64,000 bases of DNA from the NCBI GenBank assembly GCA_001773135.1, contig MEVX01000006.1, positions 26,515-90,514 on the forward strand, in the 5' to 3' direction. The notes beneath the pieces are model-generated. The model worked only from the letters and a program-made list of their open reading frames with translations. It had not been told where the DNA came from and did not search any database. Below are positions 9,148 to 18,518 of the stretch, in pieces; position 1 is the first letter of the stretch; each line of letters begins with the position of its first letter. The position numbers were made by a program, and so were the translations under genes. This DNA comes from a candidate division WWE3 bacterium RIFOXYB1_FULL_43_24. GTDB lineage: Bacteria; Patescibacteriota; WWE3; UBA101185; UBA10185.

Positions 9148-11319
9148 TTAGTTTCCGATTTCTCCCGCGTCGTCATCAAATTCATATTGAACGTCGAAAA
9201 TTTCAAGTCCTGTTTCTACACCCCATCTCGAATTAAATTTGATGGATTTCGTTACACGATCGAGCGTACCCAATGGATAATGCACAACTGCCGATGGATA
9301 CATGTTGTTGTTGAGGCCGAGGTCTCGCAATATCTGCAATCCTTTGCCTGATGCAGACCCCGATTTTGTACTAATTAACGACCCATAAAAGACGACCGGA
9401 TTATCAGGAGAGGCCTCAGTATAGTTGCTGCCCACCTCGATACCGCTTGAAGAAATAATGATAGCTTCAATCTGAGGGGGCGTATCTATAGTGTAAGTCG
9501 AAAGGGGAGTGGACAAAGACGGATCTATCTTTACGTGAGCTCTCGTTATTATAACAACGTTTCCGGGGGACGTCGAAACTCCCAGTGGGGCTCCCGGTAC
9601 TTCTATACTATTGATTGGCCTGTCTATGACAAGGGTATTGGAGGGGTTACCTTCTACATATACGAACGCCACTCTGGGTGAAATATTGCCGGTACGGACA
9701 TAGCAAGTGGTTCCGATACAGGTAAGCAGACGGGTCGGTTTTGGGCTACAGTCGCCCAAAAATCCAGGACGATAATTTACATCCCCGGGGTAACACTTTG
9801 CACCAAAATACGTGTCTGTTGAAGTACCATAATACTGCGATTCCACCAGACCCAGATTTTGTGATAGAAAATAGTATTGCCAGGAGCTATTATTGAAATC
9901 CGCAATACTTATTTTATAAACATCAGGTCTGAGATAACCGCCCAAGTTCGTCATAACCTTTGCTCCCTCAGGAGCTTTAAGTTCTATTTTCTGGGAAGCG
10001 CTATCTTCAACACCGATGTTTTGAATAAAACCTCCCAACGGCCCTTCGGAAATGTCAGTTGAAAAACTCGACCCCCGGACGGACAAAGCATAAATATTGC
10101 TACCCAAACTACCCTCTTGAAGTTTGTTCAAATTCAGCATTCCCAAATAAAATCCGCTGTCTGATGAAGTTTCGGAGGTACACGGTCCCGTGTTGGTAAA
10201 ACTCCCGGCGTAAGCATCGCCGTCTACGACTGCAACCCAGGGGTCTTTTGTCACCTTTGCCATTTGCATTGTAACGGTCTGAGATGCGACTGCTGTGTTC
10301 TGAGCAACCGTTGCGCAGGTCTGCAAAGTGGAATTTAGATTTGATTCAGAACATTTTATCCCATATGTCTGGCACATTCCGTCGGAATAGGTGGGACATA
10401 CAGTTATTTGGGGCGGGGTCGCGGTGGAGTAGGGGACAGACAGGGTAATTTTGCCGTCCGTTCCTGTTGTATCCGTAAAAGTTTTATTATCTTCGGTCTG
10501 CGCTCCCCACACAGACACGGTTACACTTGCTCCGGCGAGATTTCGGACGGGTGTTGTTGGACAGGTGGTTGTGGAAGTGGGAATTTCCTGAACCGTAACC
10601 GTGATATCCGTCTTCATATTAACGGTGAACGCCCACTCTGCTGATGTACTGGTTTTTGCACCATTGTCAGCGATGACCCGCCATTTATATGTTTTGTTTG
10701 TCGTTGAATCCGCGGCGAAAGCACAGGTTGACGTAGGGTTGTCTACGGTACACACATCTTCCCACCCGGTACCCGGGTCGACCTGCACTTTATATTTCTT
10801 AGTTGTGTTCCCGTCGCAATTTTCGCCCCATCCTGACAGGGAATTCCAAGAAAGTGCCACGCTGGGTTTGTTTATAAGAATAGATCCGTTCGAAGGCGAG
10901 ACCAATGTAACCTGCGAAGGAGCAGTCGTGGTACACCCGCCATTGTTACCGCCAACTCCAGCACATGCATAACAATATCCAATAGTTTCATAGTAGGCGC
11001 TTGTGGAACAATACGTGCATGTAGGTGGACCGGTCAAACAACACGCCCAGGTATCTTTGATACATTCATTAGTCGGAACATATCCGGCGACGGAACAACC
11101 GGTAGATGGACACCCGTTGGGACCTGCACAGCAATAAGTATTATTTTGACATTTATATTCATCGTAGGGCCCCCCGCCATCGCCTATATCTATACCGGTT
11201 TTTGTACAATCCCATTCTGCGCAGGTCGCTGCATAAATCGTTCCTTTATTAGTGAATATGGGGAGTGTAAGAATACCAAGAAGGAGAAAAATGTGAAAAA
11301 AACGTGTAAAAACTCTCAT
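9148..11319 (-). CDS. Large secreted cysteine-rich protein with an FN3-like domain; candidate pilus-associated adhesin
   Basis: A 723 aa protein with signal peptide MRVFTRFFHIFLLLGILTLPIFT. There are more than 20 Cys in the first 160 aa (e.g. CCAGPNGCPSTGC, CYACAGVGGNNGGC). An FN3-like segment is present (KYKVQVDPGTGWEDV...YKWRVIADNG...WAFTV). The gene is embedded between the PilX-like paralog B and the exported-protein genes of the pilus locus. Confidence 0.65.
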   Translation of the reverse strand: MRVFTRFFHIFLLLGILTLPIFTNKGTIYAATCAEWDCTKTGIDIGDGGGPYDEYKCQNNTYCCAGPNGCPSTGCSVAGYVPTNECIKDTWACCLTGPPTCTYCSTSAYYETIGYCYACAGVGGNNGGCTTTAPSQVTLVSPSNGSILINKPSVALSWNSLSGWGENCDGNTTKKYKVQVDPGTGWEDVCTVDNPTSTCAFAADSTTNKTYKWRVIADNGAKTSTSAEWAFTVNMKTDITVTVQEIPTSTTTCPTTPVRNLAGASVTVSVWGAQTEDNKTFTDTTGTDGKITLSVPYSTATPPQITVCPTYSDGMCQTYGIKCSESNLNSTLQTCATVAQNTAVASQTVTMQMAKVTKDPWVAVVDGDAYAGSFTNTGPCTSETSSDSGFYLGMLNLNKLQEGSLGSNIYALSVRGSSFSTDISEGPLGGFIQNIGVEDSASQKIELKAPEGAKVMTNLGGYLRPDVYKISIADFNNSSWQYYFLSQNLGLVESQYYGTSTDTYFGAKCYPGDVNYRPGFLGDCSPKPTRLLTCIGTTCYVRTGNISPRVAFVYVEGNPSNTLVIDRPINSIEVPGAPLGVSTSPGNVVIITRAHVKIDPSLSTPLSTYTIDTPPQIEAIIISSSGIEVGSNYTEASPDNPVVFYGSLISTKSGSASGKGLQILRDLGLNNNMYPSAVVHYPLGTLDRVTKSIKFNSRWGVETGLEIFDVQYEFDDDAGEIGN

Positions 11320-11422
11320 TAATAAGATGCTACATGAGGAAAAATTGGATGTAAAGAAACCGAGAACGAATAAATAACGCCGAGGTTATGTAAATGTAAC
11401 CTCGGCGAGCTTAGGACACACA

Positions 11423-12007
11423 CTAGTCGGTCGATATATCAAAATTCGGCTTAGTGTTGGCATCAAATTGAGGACAGTAGGGAAGTTTTGCCGAATCTCC
11501 TAAATAAACGGACGCTTCTGACCAACGATATTCTCTGGTTTTCTCCTCTATAAAAACACCGTCTTTGTAGAGTTTGGTTCCATAACCGGAAGCAAAAGCA
11601 TCGTAAATCCACCCGCACACTTCCATAGGTGAAACCTTTTCAGCAGGTCCTTCCCATTCATCATACTTCATAAATTCGCTCAACAAAACGAGTGTTGGGT
11701 CGTCCTGAGGGAAGGTCGGGTCATACAACAAAAGACTTCCTGTTGTGGTCCAAAACAACCCCACTTCATTTTCGTCCCAAGCACCATAGTCACTTACGAC
11801 AGTGGGGGTTGGAACTTCCGTAGGCAACGGAGTCGGAACAAGACTGGCAGTCGGAGTAAGCGTCTTTTCCAAAGTAGGGCGGGCCGGATTAGTCGCAACC
11901 TGTACTGCTGCTGTAGAAGAAGGTTCCGTAGCCCCTCTTGCCGAACAGGACATCATTAAGAATGATGCCAAAACAACAAACGAACCCACCAACAAGCGGA
12001 TTTTCAT
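11423..12007 (-). CDS. Lipoprotein with a Pro/Thr-rich linker
   Basis: The signal peptide has the lipobox MKIRLLVGSFVVLASFLMMSC. A PT-rich linker (LVPTPLPTEVPTPTVV) follows, then a globular domain. An AGGAGG Shine-Dalgarno precedes the ATG. Confidence 0.6.
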   Translation of the reverse strand: MKIRLLVGSFVVLASFLMMSCSARGATEPSSTAAVQVATNPARPTLEKTLTPTASLVPTPLPTEVPTPTVVSDYGAWDENEVGLFWTTTGSLLLYDPTFPQDDPTLVLLSEFMKYDEWEGPAEKVSPMEVCGWIYDAFASGYGTKLYKDGVFIEEKTREYRWSEASVYLGDSAKLPYCPQFDANTKPNFDISTD

Positions 12008-12081
12008 TTCCTCTCCTCCTTATCGAATTCATCGGTTTAGATTTGAACTTACAGTACTCTTATCTGTCGGGATTTGTGCGT

Positions 12082-12087
12082 ATTATA
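12082..12087 (-). promoter_or_regulatory. Candidate -10 hexamer (TATAAT on minus strand) for the lipoprotein gene
   Basis: The minus strand reads CCCCCCCCCCTTTTTTTTATAAATGCTATAAT. The TATAAT lies about 75 nt upstream of the lipoprotein ATG, and the homopolymer tract sits where a -35 and spacer would be. Confidence 0.3.
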
Positions 12088-12095
12088 GCATTTAT

Positions 12096-12113
12096 AAAAA
12101 AAAGGGGGGGGGG
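12096..12113. repeat. Homopolymeric tract A8G10 (C10T8 on the minus strand)
   Basis: Directly seen: aaaaaaaa at 12096-12103 followed by gggggggggg at 12104-12113, in the intergenic region upstream of the lipoprotein gene. Confidence 0.9.
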
Positions 12114-12158
12114 TTGTCTTGAAACCTGAAATTAAGAACCTTCGAGGATATTTGAAAA

Positions 12159-12728
12159 TCATCTAACCCTGCGTACCAGTATACACACGGGGCCTGTTGC
12201 GTCGCAGTTCTCTGAAACACATTTCGCAATGTAAAGCACATCTCCAAGTTTAATTTCTTCAGCAATACCAAAATTCGATGACACAAACTCCATGTTAAGG
12301 TTCTTAAACAATGCTGTTTTTTCAGGAACGCACTCTAGCAAAAGTTCTTTAGGCGGGTAAAAATTATCCAGCGCTCCGGTTACTGTGTTACCGTTAACAG
12401 AGCTTACAACGTACCTATCGTATTTTTTCCCTAAATTCTCATCTATTTTATCGCCAGATGTTAAAAAGATTCCCTCCAACTCAGCCGCGACATTGTTCAT
12501 TTTAGAAGAACCTGACACAACACCAACATCGGGATCTTCAACAAAGGCGGATTCGTGTATCTCAAAGGCGCTGTCCTCTGATTTGGTGTTGTTTATCCCG
12601 AACAGGTTATACAAAACTTCGGTATTCTTCGCAGTAAAATTCCTGATTAGAATCAGGAAAGTCAAAATACTTACTAACAAAAAAACAACAAAAATCCCGA
12701 GGAGCCTTTTCATACCTTTTTTCTCCAC
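12159..12728 (-). CDS. Membrane-anchored exported protein of unknown function
   Basis: A 189 aa ORF with the N-terminal signal anchor MKRLLGIFVVFLLVSILTFLILI. No recognisable motif was found. Confidence 0.5.
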   Translation of the reverse strand: MEKKGMKRLLGIFVVFLLVSILTFLILIRNFTAKNTEVLYNLFGINNTKSEDSAFEIHESAFVEDPDVGVVSGSSKMNNVAAELEGIFLTSGDKIDENLGKKYDRYVVSSVNGNTVTGALDNFYPPKELLLECVPEKTALFKNLNMEFVSSNFGIAEEIKLGDVLYIAKCVSENCDATGPVCILVRRVR

Positions 12729-12839
12729 ATACTTATTTTTACACAGAATGAAATTTCTATCAAAAGTACTAAATCCCGCATAGTACCACTATAGAGAAAA
12801 ATGGGACTTCGGCATGAACTAACATGTCGGGGAAAGTCC

Positions 12840-13223
12840 TTAAACGCCCGAAAACCTTCCGACTTCCTCAACAACCTTGTCAGGATTCACCTCGGATTTT
12901 ATCAAATATCCATCGGCTCCCAACTTAAAGGCTTCCTGAATGATGTGCTCACTGTTCAAGTTTGTAAGTACAATAACGGGCCCTTTTTTCAGCTCTGGCG
13001 TTTCCTTCAAATCTTTTAATATCTTTAGACCGTCTTTACCAGGAAGCATTATGTCGAGAAGCAAAATACTCCACTCGGAGTTTTTAATTTTGTCTCCGCC
13101 GACCTCTCCGTTAGGAGCCTGGTCAACTACATAACCCGCGTTCTGCAGGACTTCAGCGTAAATTGTCCTTATATCCTGCTCATCTTCAATTATTAATACT
13201 TTGTTTTTTGTATTATCTGGCAT
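12840..13223 (-). CDS. Single-domain response regulator (CheY-like receiver only)
   Basis: The protein begins KVLIIEDEQDIRTIYAEVL. The phospho-acceptor Asp lies in LLLDIMLPGKDG, and a conserved T/K follows (VIVLTNLN...K). At 127 aa it has no output domain. Confidence 0.85.
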   Translation of the reverse strand: MPDNTKNKVLIIEDEQDIRTIYAEVLQNAGYVVDQAPNGEVGGDKIKNSEWSILLLDIMLPGKDGLKILKDLKETPELKKGPVIVLTNLNSEHIIQEAFKLGADGYLIKSEVNPDKVVEEVGRFSGV

Positions 13224-13284
13224 AAGTTATTTATAACACACCCTGCTATAGTCAACAAACGAATTTTCTAGTTTAATATACATA

Positions 13285-14679
13285 ATGCCCGATAGAGTAG
13301 TAGAGATAAAGGAAAGTGAAATATTCAAGCTTATCGATAAAAACCGAGCGCTTGATGCTACCTATAAACTAGTCGAGACAATTTTAGAAACAACCGAATT
13401 CGATGAACTCACACAAAAAATTGCTGACATAATTCCTAATGCCCTCGGATACGAGTTAGGAATTTTGGCATTAATAGATCACAAAAGTAATGTTCTTAAA
13501 AAGATTTCTCTTTCCAGAGGTGTCGGCGATACTGATAAGCAGGCCCAACTCGAAGAATTCTTCGGAGAACTGACCATACCTTTCGGTTATGCAGATAATG
13601 TCTGCGTGCAAGCTGTTGAAACAAAAAAACAGATTGTCAGTCCCTACATGTGGGATGTATTCAAACCGACGATGACCAAACAACAAGCAGAAACTATTCA
13701 GGAAATTACCGGAACCAAATCTCACATCGTAACTCCGTTGTTTTCACACGATAAAGTTATCGGAACAATTATTGTCAGCCTTGCAAAGGAAGTTGATAAA
13801 GTGACAGATTTTGAAAAGGAAATGTTGAAAAAGTTTTCCGAAAGCGCGGGGGTAGCTGTAGAAAACTCAAAACTTTACACAAATTTAAAACGGGCAAAAG
13901 AGGATTTGCACAAAGCTTATGAGAACATGAAAGTATTAAACACTTTAAAAGATGAGTTCCTATCGGTCGCTTCGCACGAGCTCAGAACCCCGATGACAAT
14001 AGTGAAAAGCTACCTGTGGATGTTAGAAAAGCAGAAAGCCGGCAAACTAAATCAAAAACAACTCGAGTATCTAAACAAAGCCCTGATAGGCACTCAAAGA
14101 ATGATTTCGCTCATAAACGACATGCTTGATATTTCTAAATTCGAAAGAAAAAAGGTTTCATTTTCCATTACACAGATCAACCTGATAAACACAATTAGAG
14201 ATGTCCTGTCTAACTTCGACATCAGGGTGGGGGAGAAAAATTTAAAGCTAGAGTTTCTCCCTCCCATGGGTGAGATTTTAGTCGACGCCGATCCTGACAA
14301 ATTAAGAGATGTTTTCACAAACTTAATTGAAAATGCGGTGAAATTCACAAAAGAGGGGTCCATAACAATATCTATCGACGAGTACGAAGAGTTTTACAGA
14401 ATTTCAGTCAGGGATACGGGTGCCGGAATAGACAAAAAAGACCTTCCTAAGCTCTTCCACAAGTTCGGAAGGATAGATAATAGCTACACAATTGCAACTG
14501 ATTCCGGAGGTACCGGGTTAGGTTTGTATATTGTAAAACTTTACATTCACGGTATGGGCGGTATGGTGGGGGCAGATTCAGACGGTATTGGAACGGGAAG
14601 TACGTTTTGGGTAACTCTTCCGAAAAATAAAATTAAAAAGTTCGGAGTTAGCTTAAAGCAGGTTGAAATACCAGTTTAA
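13285..14679 (+). CDS. Cytoplasmic sensor histidine kinase with an N-terminal GAF-like domain
   Basis: The H-box is SHELRTPMTIVKSY, the N-box is NLIENAVKFT, and the G-boxes are DTGAGI and GGTGLGLYIVK. There is no TM segment. The N-terminal 200 aa are GAF-like. Confidence 0.85.
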   Translation: MPDRVVEIKESEIFKLIDKNRALDATYKLVETILETTEFDELTQKIADIIPNALGYELGILALIDHKSNVLKKISLSRGVGDTDKQAQLEEFFGELTIPFGYADNVCVQAVETKKQIVSPYMWDVFKPTMTKQQAETIQEITGTKSHIVTPLFSHDKVIGTIIVSLAKEVDKVTDFEKEMLKKFSESAGVAVENSKLYTNLKRAKEDLHKAYENMKVLNTLKDEFLSVASHELRTPMTIVKSYLWMLEKQKAGKLNQKQLEYLNKALIGTQRMISLINDMLDISKFERKKVSFSITQINLINTIRDVLSNFDIRVGEKNLKLEFLPPMGEILVDADPDKLRDVFTNLIENAVKFTKEGSITISIDEYEEFYRISVRDTGAGIDKKDLPKLFHKFGRIDNSYTIATDSGGTGLGLYIVKLYIHGMGGMVGADSDGIGTGSTFWVTLPKNKIKKFGVSLKQVEIPV

Positions 14680-15543
14680 AATTTCCGAACCCCACGCCAG
14701 GCAAATCAAGCTTCCCAAAATCAGAAATGGGCCGAAAGGTACAATACTTTTTAATGTTTTCTTTTTAGTCAGGATCAAGACAATGCTTACAACCGCCCCT
14801 ATAAAAAATCCTAAAAAAACAGCTAAAAGATTATAAGGAAATCCGTTAACCAGCCCCACCAGTAAACCCAATCTTATATCTCCGCCGCCCATTCCTCTGC
14901 CACGGGTTATCCAAACTATTAACAGAAAAAATAAGGCTATGGCTATAGCGGAAATAAAATTAAAACCCAACCCGCGTAAGGCAACCCCAACCTGATTTTC
15001 AAAAAATCCTGCTCTGAGAAGATACCTACCAAAATCATCATTTTGCAACCTATTGCGGTATTCATATAAATTAAGGGCCGTTGACGATAAATGAAAAAGC
15101 GCAACAAAAACTATAGCCGGCAAAACTACTTTATCCGGAATTAGCAAGTATTTAAGATCGGCAAGTAAAAGGATCTCATAAAACGAAAACACGACGGACA
15201 AAAAAACAAAACCTACGAATACATCTCGTGAAAAAGTATTGAATAAAGAAAATCCGGATAATGACGCGGCAAAAACCAAAAATAGGCCGGACAAGATTTC
15301 AGAGAAGGGGTAGTACCAAGATAGCCGTGTCTGACAAAACGAACACTTTCCCTTCTGCATCAAAAAAGAAATTACGGGGATAAGATTCAGTGCTTTTAAT
15401 TCCTTACCGCACTTATCACATTTTGAGCGATCGGAAACTATTTTTTCACCTTTAACAACGCGGTCGGAAACAAGATTCAAAAAAGAACCTATGAAGGTTC
15501 CGAAAATAAAAATAATTACGAGATTAACATAGCTCAATACCAT
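14653..15543 (-). CDS. pilD: Prepilin peptidase (A24 family)
   Basis: An N-terminal TM is followed by the tetracysteine motif CDKCGKEL...CSFCQ, typical of PilD. The protein is polytopic and carries GGGDIRLG-type catalytic Asp motifs. Confidence 0.85.
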   Translation of the reverse strand: MVLSYVNLVIIFIFGTFIGSFLNLVSDRVVKGEKIVSDRSKCDKCGKELKALNLIPVISFLMQKGKCSFCQTRLSWYYPFSEILSGLFLVFAASLSGFSLFNTFSRDVFVGFVFLSVVFSFYEILLLADLKYLLIPDKVVLPAIVFVALFHLSSTALNLYEYRNRLQNDDFGRYLLRAGFFENQVGVALRGLGFNFISAIAIALFFLLIVWITRGRGMGGGDIRLGLLVGLVNGFPYNLLAVFLGFFIGAVVSIVLILTKKKTLKSIVPFGPFLILGSLICLAWGSEILNWYFNLL

Positions 15544-15628
15544 TAGCAGATTCTCGCACTTTTTTCAGAATTGCACAACAAAAAAGGCTCTCGTAAGAGA
15601 GCCTTTCTCGTTGATTGCCGGCAACCAA

Positions 15629-16138
15629 CTAAGGAAGTATTAACAAACTTGTACCGGATTCATAAGCATTTGGATTATTTCCACCATCAGTGCTCATCTT
15701 CAACAAATTGTCCTCGTGCTGCAATACTACGTTAACTTCAAAATCCGTTGCTGAGGATCCGAAAGTATAAACGTGGGCAACTGTGTTGACTGTGTCATTA
15801 ACCGGATCGATTGGTAAAACAGCAACGAACCTGGAAAGTCCAACCTTTCCTGTGGGGATGGTATATTTCACCCAACCCAAACCGTCGAGGTCTCTGTCAC
15901 CGGTGTCACTCGTACAATCAGCACAAGTTCCGGTCACGCCTAAGGCGATTTCCTGCTCTGTTAGGGCTAAGTTAATTGCTTTAGTCAAGGAGTCGATATC
16001 AGACAGTCTTTTTGCATCGTTTGATTTCATGATCATCGACTGAGGATTAATAGCAACCAATAAAGCACCCGCTAAGATACCGATGATTGCGATAACAACC
16101 AAAAGTTCAACTAGTGTAAAACCTTTTTGTTTTCTCAT
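15629..16138 (-). CDS. pilA: Type IV major pilin candidate
   Basis: The N-terminus MRKQKG|FTLVELLVVIAIIGILAGALLVAI is a canonical class III signal with Glu5. The gene is 169 aa and sits between pilC and pilD. Confidence 0.8.
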   Translation of the reverse strand: MRKQKGFTLVELLVVIAIIGILAGALLVAINPQSMIMKSNDAKRLSDIDSLTKAINLALTEQEIALGVTGTCADCTSDTGDRDLDGLGWVKYTIPTGKVGLSRFVAVLPIDPVNDTVNTVAHVYTFGSSATDFEVNVVLQHEDNLLKMSTDGGNNPNAYESGTSLLILP

Positions 16139-16184
16139 ATTAGTTTTATCTTTTCACCTCCTCACTCAATAAAGTACAAACTAA

Positions 16185-17387
16185 TTAAATAGACTGTGTA
16201 ATCTGATAAATAGGCGTGATTATCGAGATAATCAAAAACCCTACCATAACACCCAGCATTACGAGTATGATAGGTTCAAGAGCCGCTGACAATCCTTTCA
16301 CTTTGTTGTCCACCTCACCTTCGTAATAAGTTGCGACACGATCCAAAACTTCATCCATTTTTCCCGTTTCTTCGCCGACATTAGCCATTTGAGATAAAAG
16401 GGGAGGGAAATGCTCAGAAGATTTAAAAAAGCTGGACAGTGAAGTTCCTTTTTCAACCTGCTTGGCAGCTTTTAACACTTCCATCCTAAAGGTGGGGCTC
16501 GACATAACAGTTGAGACTATGCCTAAAGCCTCAACTATGGGTACCGCAGAATTTATTAGTAAAGCGAGGGTTTTGCTAAATTGAGCAAAGTCTTTGTCCT
16601 TATTAATCTTTCCAAAAACAGGGAGTCTCATTACAAGCTCTGCACTGTAATACTTTCCTTTTTCACTTTTCGAATAGTACCTAATGACAAGAACCAGCGC
16701 GACTGTAGCGATGGTCAACAATATAATATTTTTAACCATGAAGTCAGACGTTGTGATCATTAACTGTGTCACAACTGGAAGTTCAACATCCATGCTTTTG
16801 TACATTTCCGCCAACTGTGGAATAACAAAGACCATTAAAACCACGAACACACCGACCATTGCAATCATAACAACCGCGGGGTAGATCATCGCCCCTTTAA
16901 ACCTTGCGTTAAGATCCCGTTGAGCCTCCATATTATCGGCTAATCTTTTTAAAATGACATCCATTTTTCCGGAAGATTCTCCTGCTTTAACCAAGGCCTG
17001 GTATGTAATCGAAAATACTTCAGGGTACCTTCCAAGGGCAGTAGAGAGAGAAGCGCCCCCCTCAACATTTCGTAAAATATCGTAAATGACTTTTTTAAAA
17101 TTTTGACTTTGAGTCTGCGAAGCCAACACTTCCAACGCACGCGATATAGGAAGTCCTGCTGAAATCATCGTCGAAAACTGCCTTGTAAAAGTTACGACAT
17201 CTCCTGTGGAAACACCACGGAAGTTCAGAAACGTATCAAAAATTGTTTCCTTCTTCTCCGAAATGGAAATAACATACATCCCCTGTCCTTTTAAAAGGGA
17301 CACGGCGAGATCTTTGGTTCTTGCGTCAACAGTTCCATCAACTGTCTTTCCTGCCATGTTTTTAGCCGTGTATGTGTATATTGCCAT
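16185..17387 (-). CDS. pilC: Type IV pilus inner-membrane platform protein (GspF/PilC family)
   Basis: A 400 aa protein with two T2SSF-like repeats and three TM segments. It lies between pilT and pilA. Confidence 0.85.
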   Translation of the reverse strand: MAIYTYTAKNMAGKTVDGTVDARTKDLAVSLLKGQGMYVISISEKKETIFDTFLNFRGVSTGDVVTFTRQFSTMISAGLPISRALEVLASQTQSQNFKKVIYDILRNVEGGASLSTALGRYPEVFSITYQALVKAGESSGKMDVILKRLADNMEAQRDLNARFKGAMIYPAVVMIAMVGVFVVLMVFVIPQLAEMYKSMDVELPVVTQLMITTSDFMVKNIILLTIATVALVLVIRYYSKSEKGKYYSAELVMRLPVFGKINKDKDFAQFSKTLALLINSAVPIVEALGIVSTVMSSPTFRMEVLKAAKQVEKGTSLSSFFKSSEHFPPLLSQMANVGEETGKMDEVLDRVATYYEGEVDNKVKGLSAALEPIILVMLGVMVGFLIISIITPIYQITQSI

Positions 17388-17389
17388 TT

Positions 17390-18463
17390 TTACTTCACCA
17401 TCTTGGAGTCTATTAAACGCCTAAAATCTTCAGGTCTTAATGTGTATTTAATTCCTTCCTGAAAATCTACCAAACCGTTATTGACCAGGTAAGCTATGGA
17501 TCTATCTAAGCTGACCATCCCCACCTGAGAACTGGTATTAATAATATTATCTATCATGTGAGCTTTTCCCTCACGTATTAAGTTCTTTACAGCGTCGCTT
17601 CCAAGCATTAGCTCTATCGCCGGAACTACACCTTTAACAGGGGAGGGTATTAATCTCTGTGAAACAACAACCTCCAGTACCTGGGAAAGTTGAACTCTTA
17701 TTTCGTTCTGTTTTTCTGATGCAAAAGATGAAACAATTCTTTCAACAGTTTGAGAAGCGGAGTTTGTGTGCAGTGTAGCAAAAACCAAGTGGCCTGTTTC
17801 TGCAATTTCCAATGCAGAAGATATTGTTTCAGAGTCTCTCATTTCGCCGATTAGTATAACGTTAGGATCTTGTCGTAACATGGATTTGAGAGCAATCGTC
17901 CAATCATGTGTGTCCAAAAACATTTCTCTCTGTTCAACCAAAGACTTCTTATTTGCAAAGATATATTCAATAGGATCTTCTACGGTAAGTATATGCTCGG
18001 CGCGGTTCTCGTTTATCTTATCTATCATTGACGCAATGGTGGTCGATTTTCCATGTCCGGTAGGACCGACGACCAATATTAACCCCGATTTTAGCTCGCA
18101 CAAATTCAACAAGTACGGCGGGAGATTTAATTCCTCGAAGGAAGGCACCGACATAGGTATGTGTCGCAAGGCAGCTGATGGATAACCTTTTTGGAAAAAA
18201 GCATTAACTCTGAATCTGGCTTTTACTCCAAGAGCAACAGAAAAATCCAGTTCCTTGTTTACCTCCAGCACTTCTCTTTGTTGGGTGTCTAATATTTGCG
18301 AAAGAAAATATTCGACGTCATCAACCGTCAGTACATCAAAATCCTCGAGTATGGAAAGGGCCGTTTTAATCCTCACATACGGTTTACTCCCCACCGACAC
18401 ATGCAAATCCGACGCGTTCAACGACACGACTCTTTCTAATAATTGTGTAGCATTAAGTTTCAT
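17390..18463 (-). CDS. pilT: Twitching motility / retraction ATPase PilT
   Basis: At 357 aa it has Walker A GPTGHGKSTT, an Asp-box, Walker B and His-box motifs of the GspE/PilT family. It lacks the PilB N-terminal extension. Confidence 0.85.
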   Translation of the reverse strand: MKLNATQLLERVVSLNASDLHVSVGSKPYVRIKTALSILEDFDVLTVDDVEYFLSQILDTQQREVLEVNKELDFSVALGVKARFRVNAFFQKGYPSAALRHIPMSVPSFEELNLPPYLLNLCELKSGLILVVGPTGHGKSTTIASMIDKINENRAEHILTVEDPIEYIFANKKSLVEQREMFLDTHDWTIALKSMLRQDPNVILIGEMRDSETISSALEIAETGHLVFATLHTNSASQTVERIVSSFASEKQNEIRVQLSQVLEVVVSQRLIPSPVKGVVPAIELMLGSDAVKNLIREGKAHMIDNIINTSSQVGMVSLDRSIAYLVNNGLVDFQEGIKYTLRPEDFRRLIDSKMVK

Positions 18464-18518
18464 ACGTTATTTATTTCTCTCCTACTTTTTAACAATTACA
18501 AATATGCGCATACTTTTA

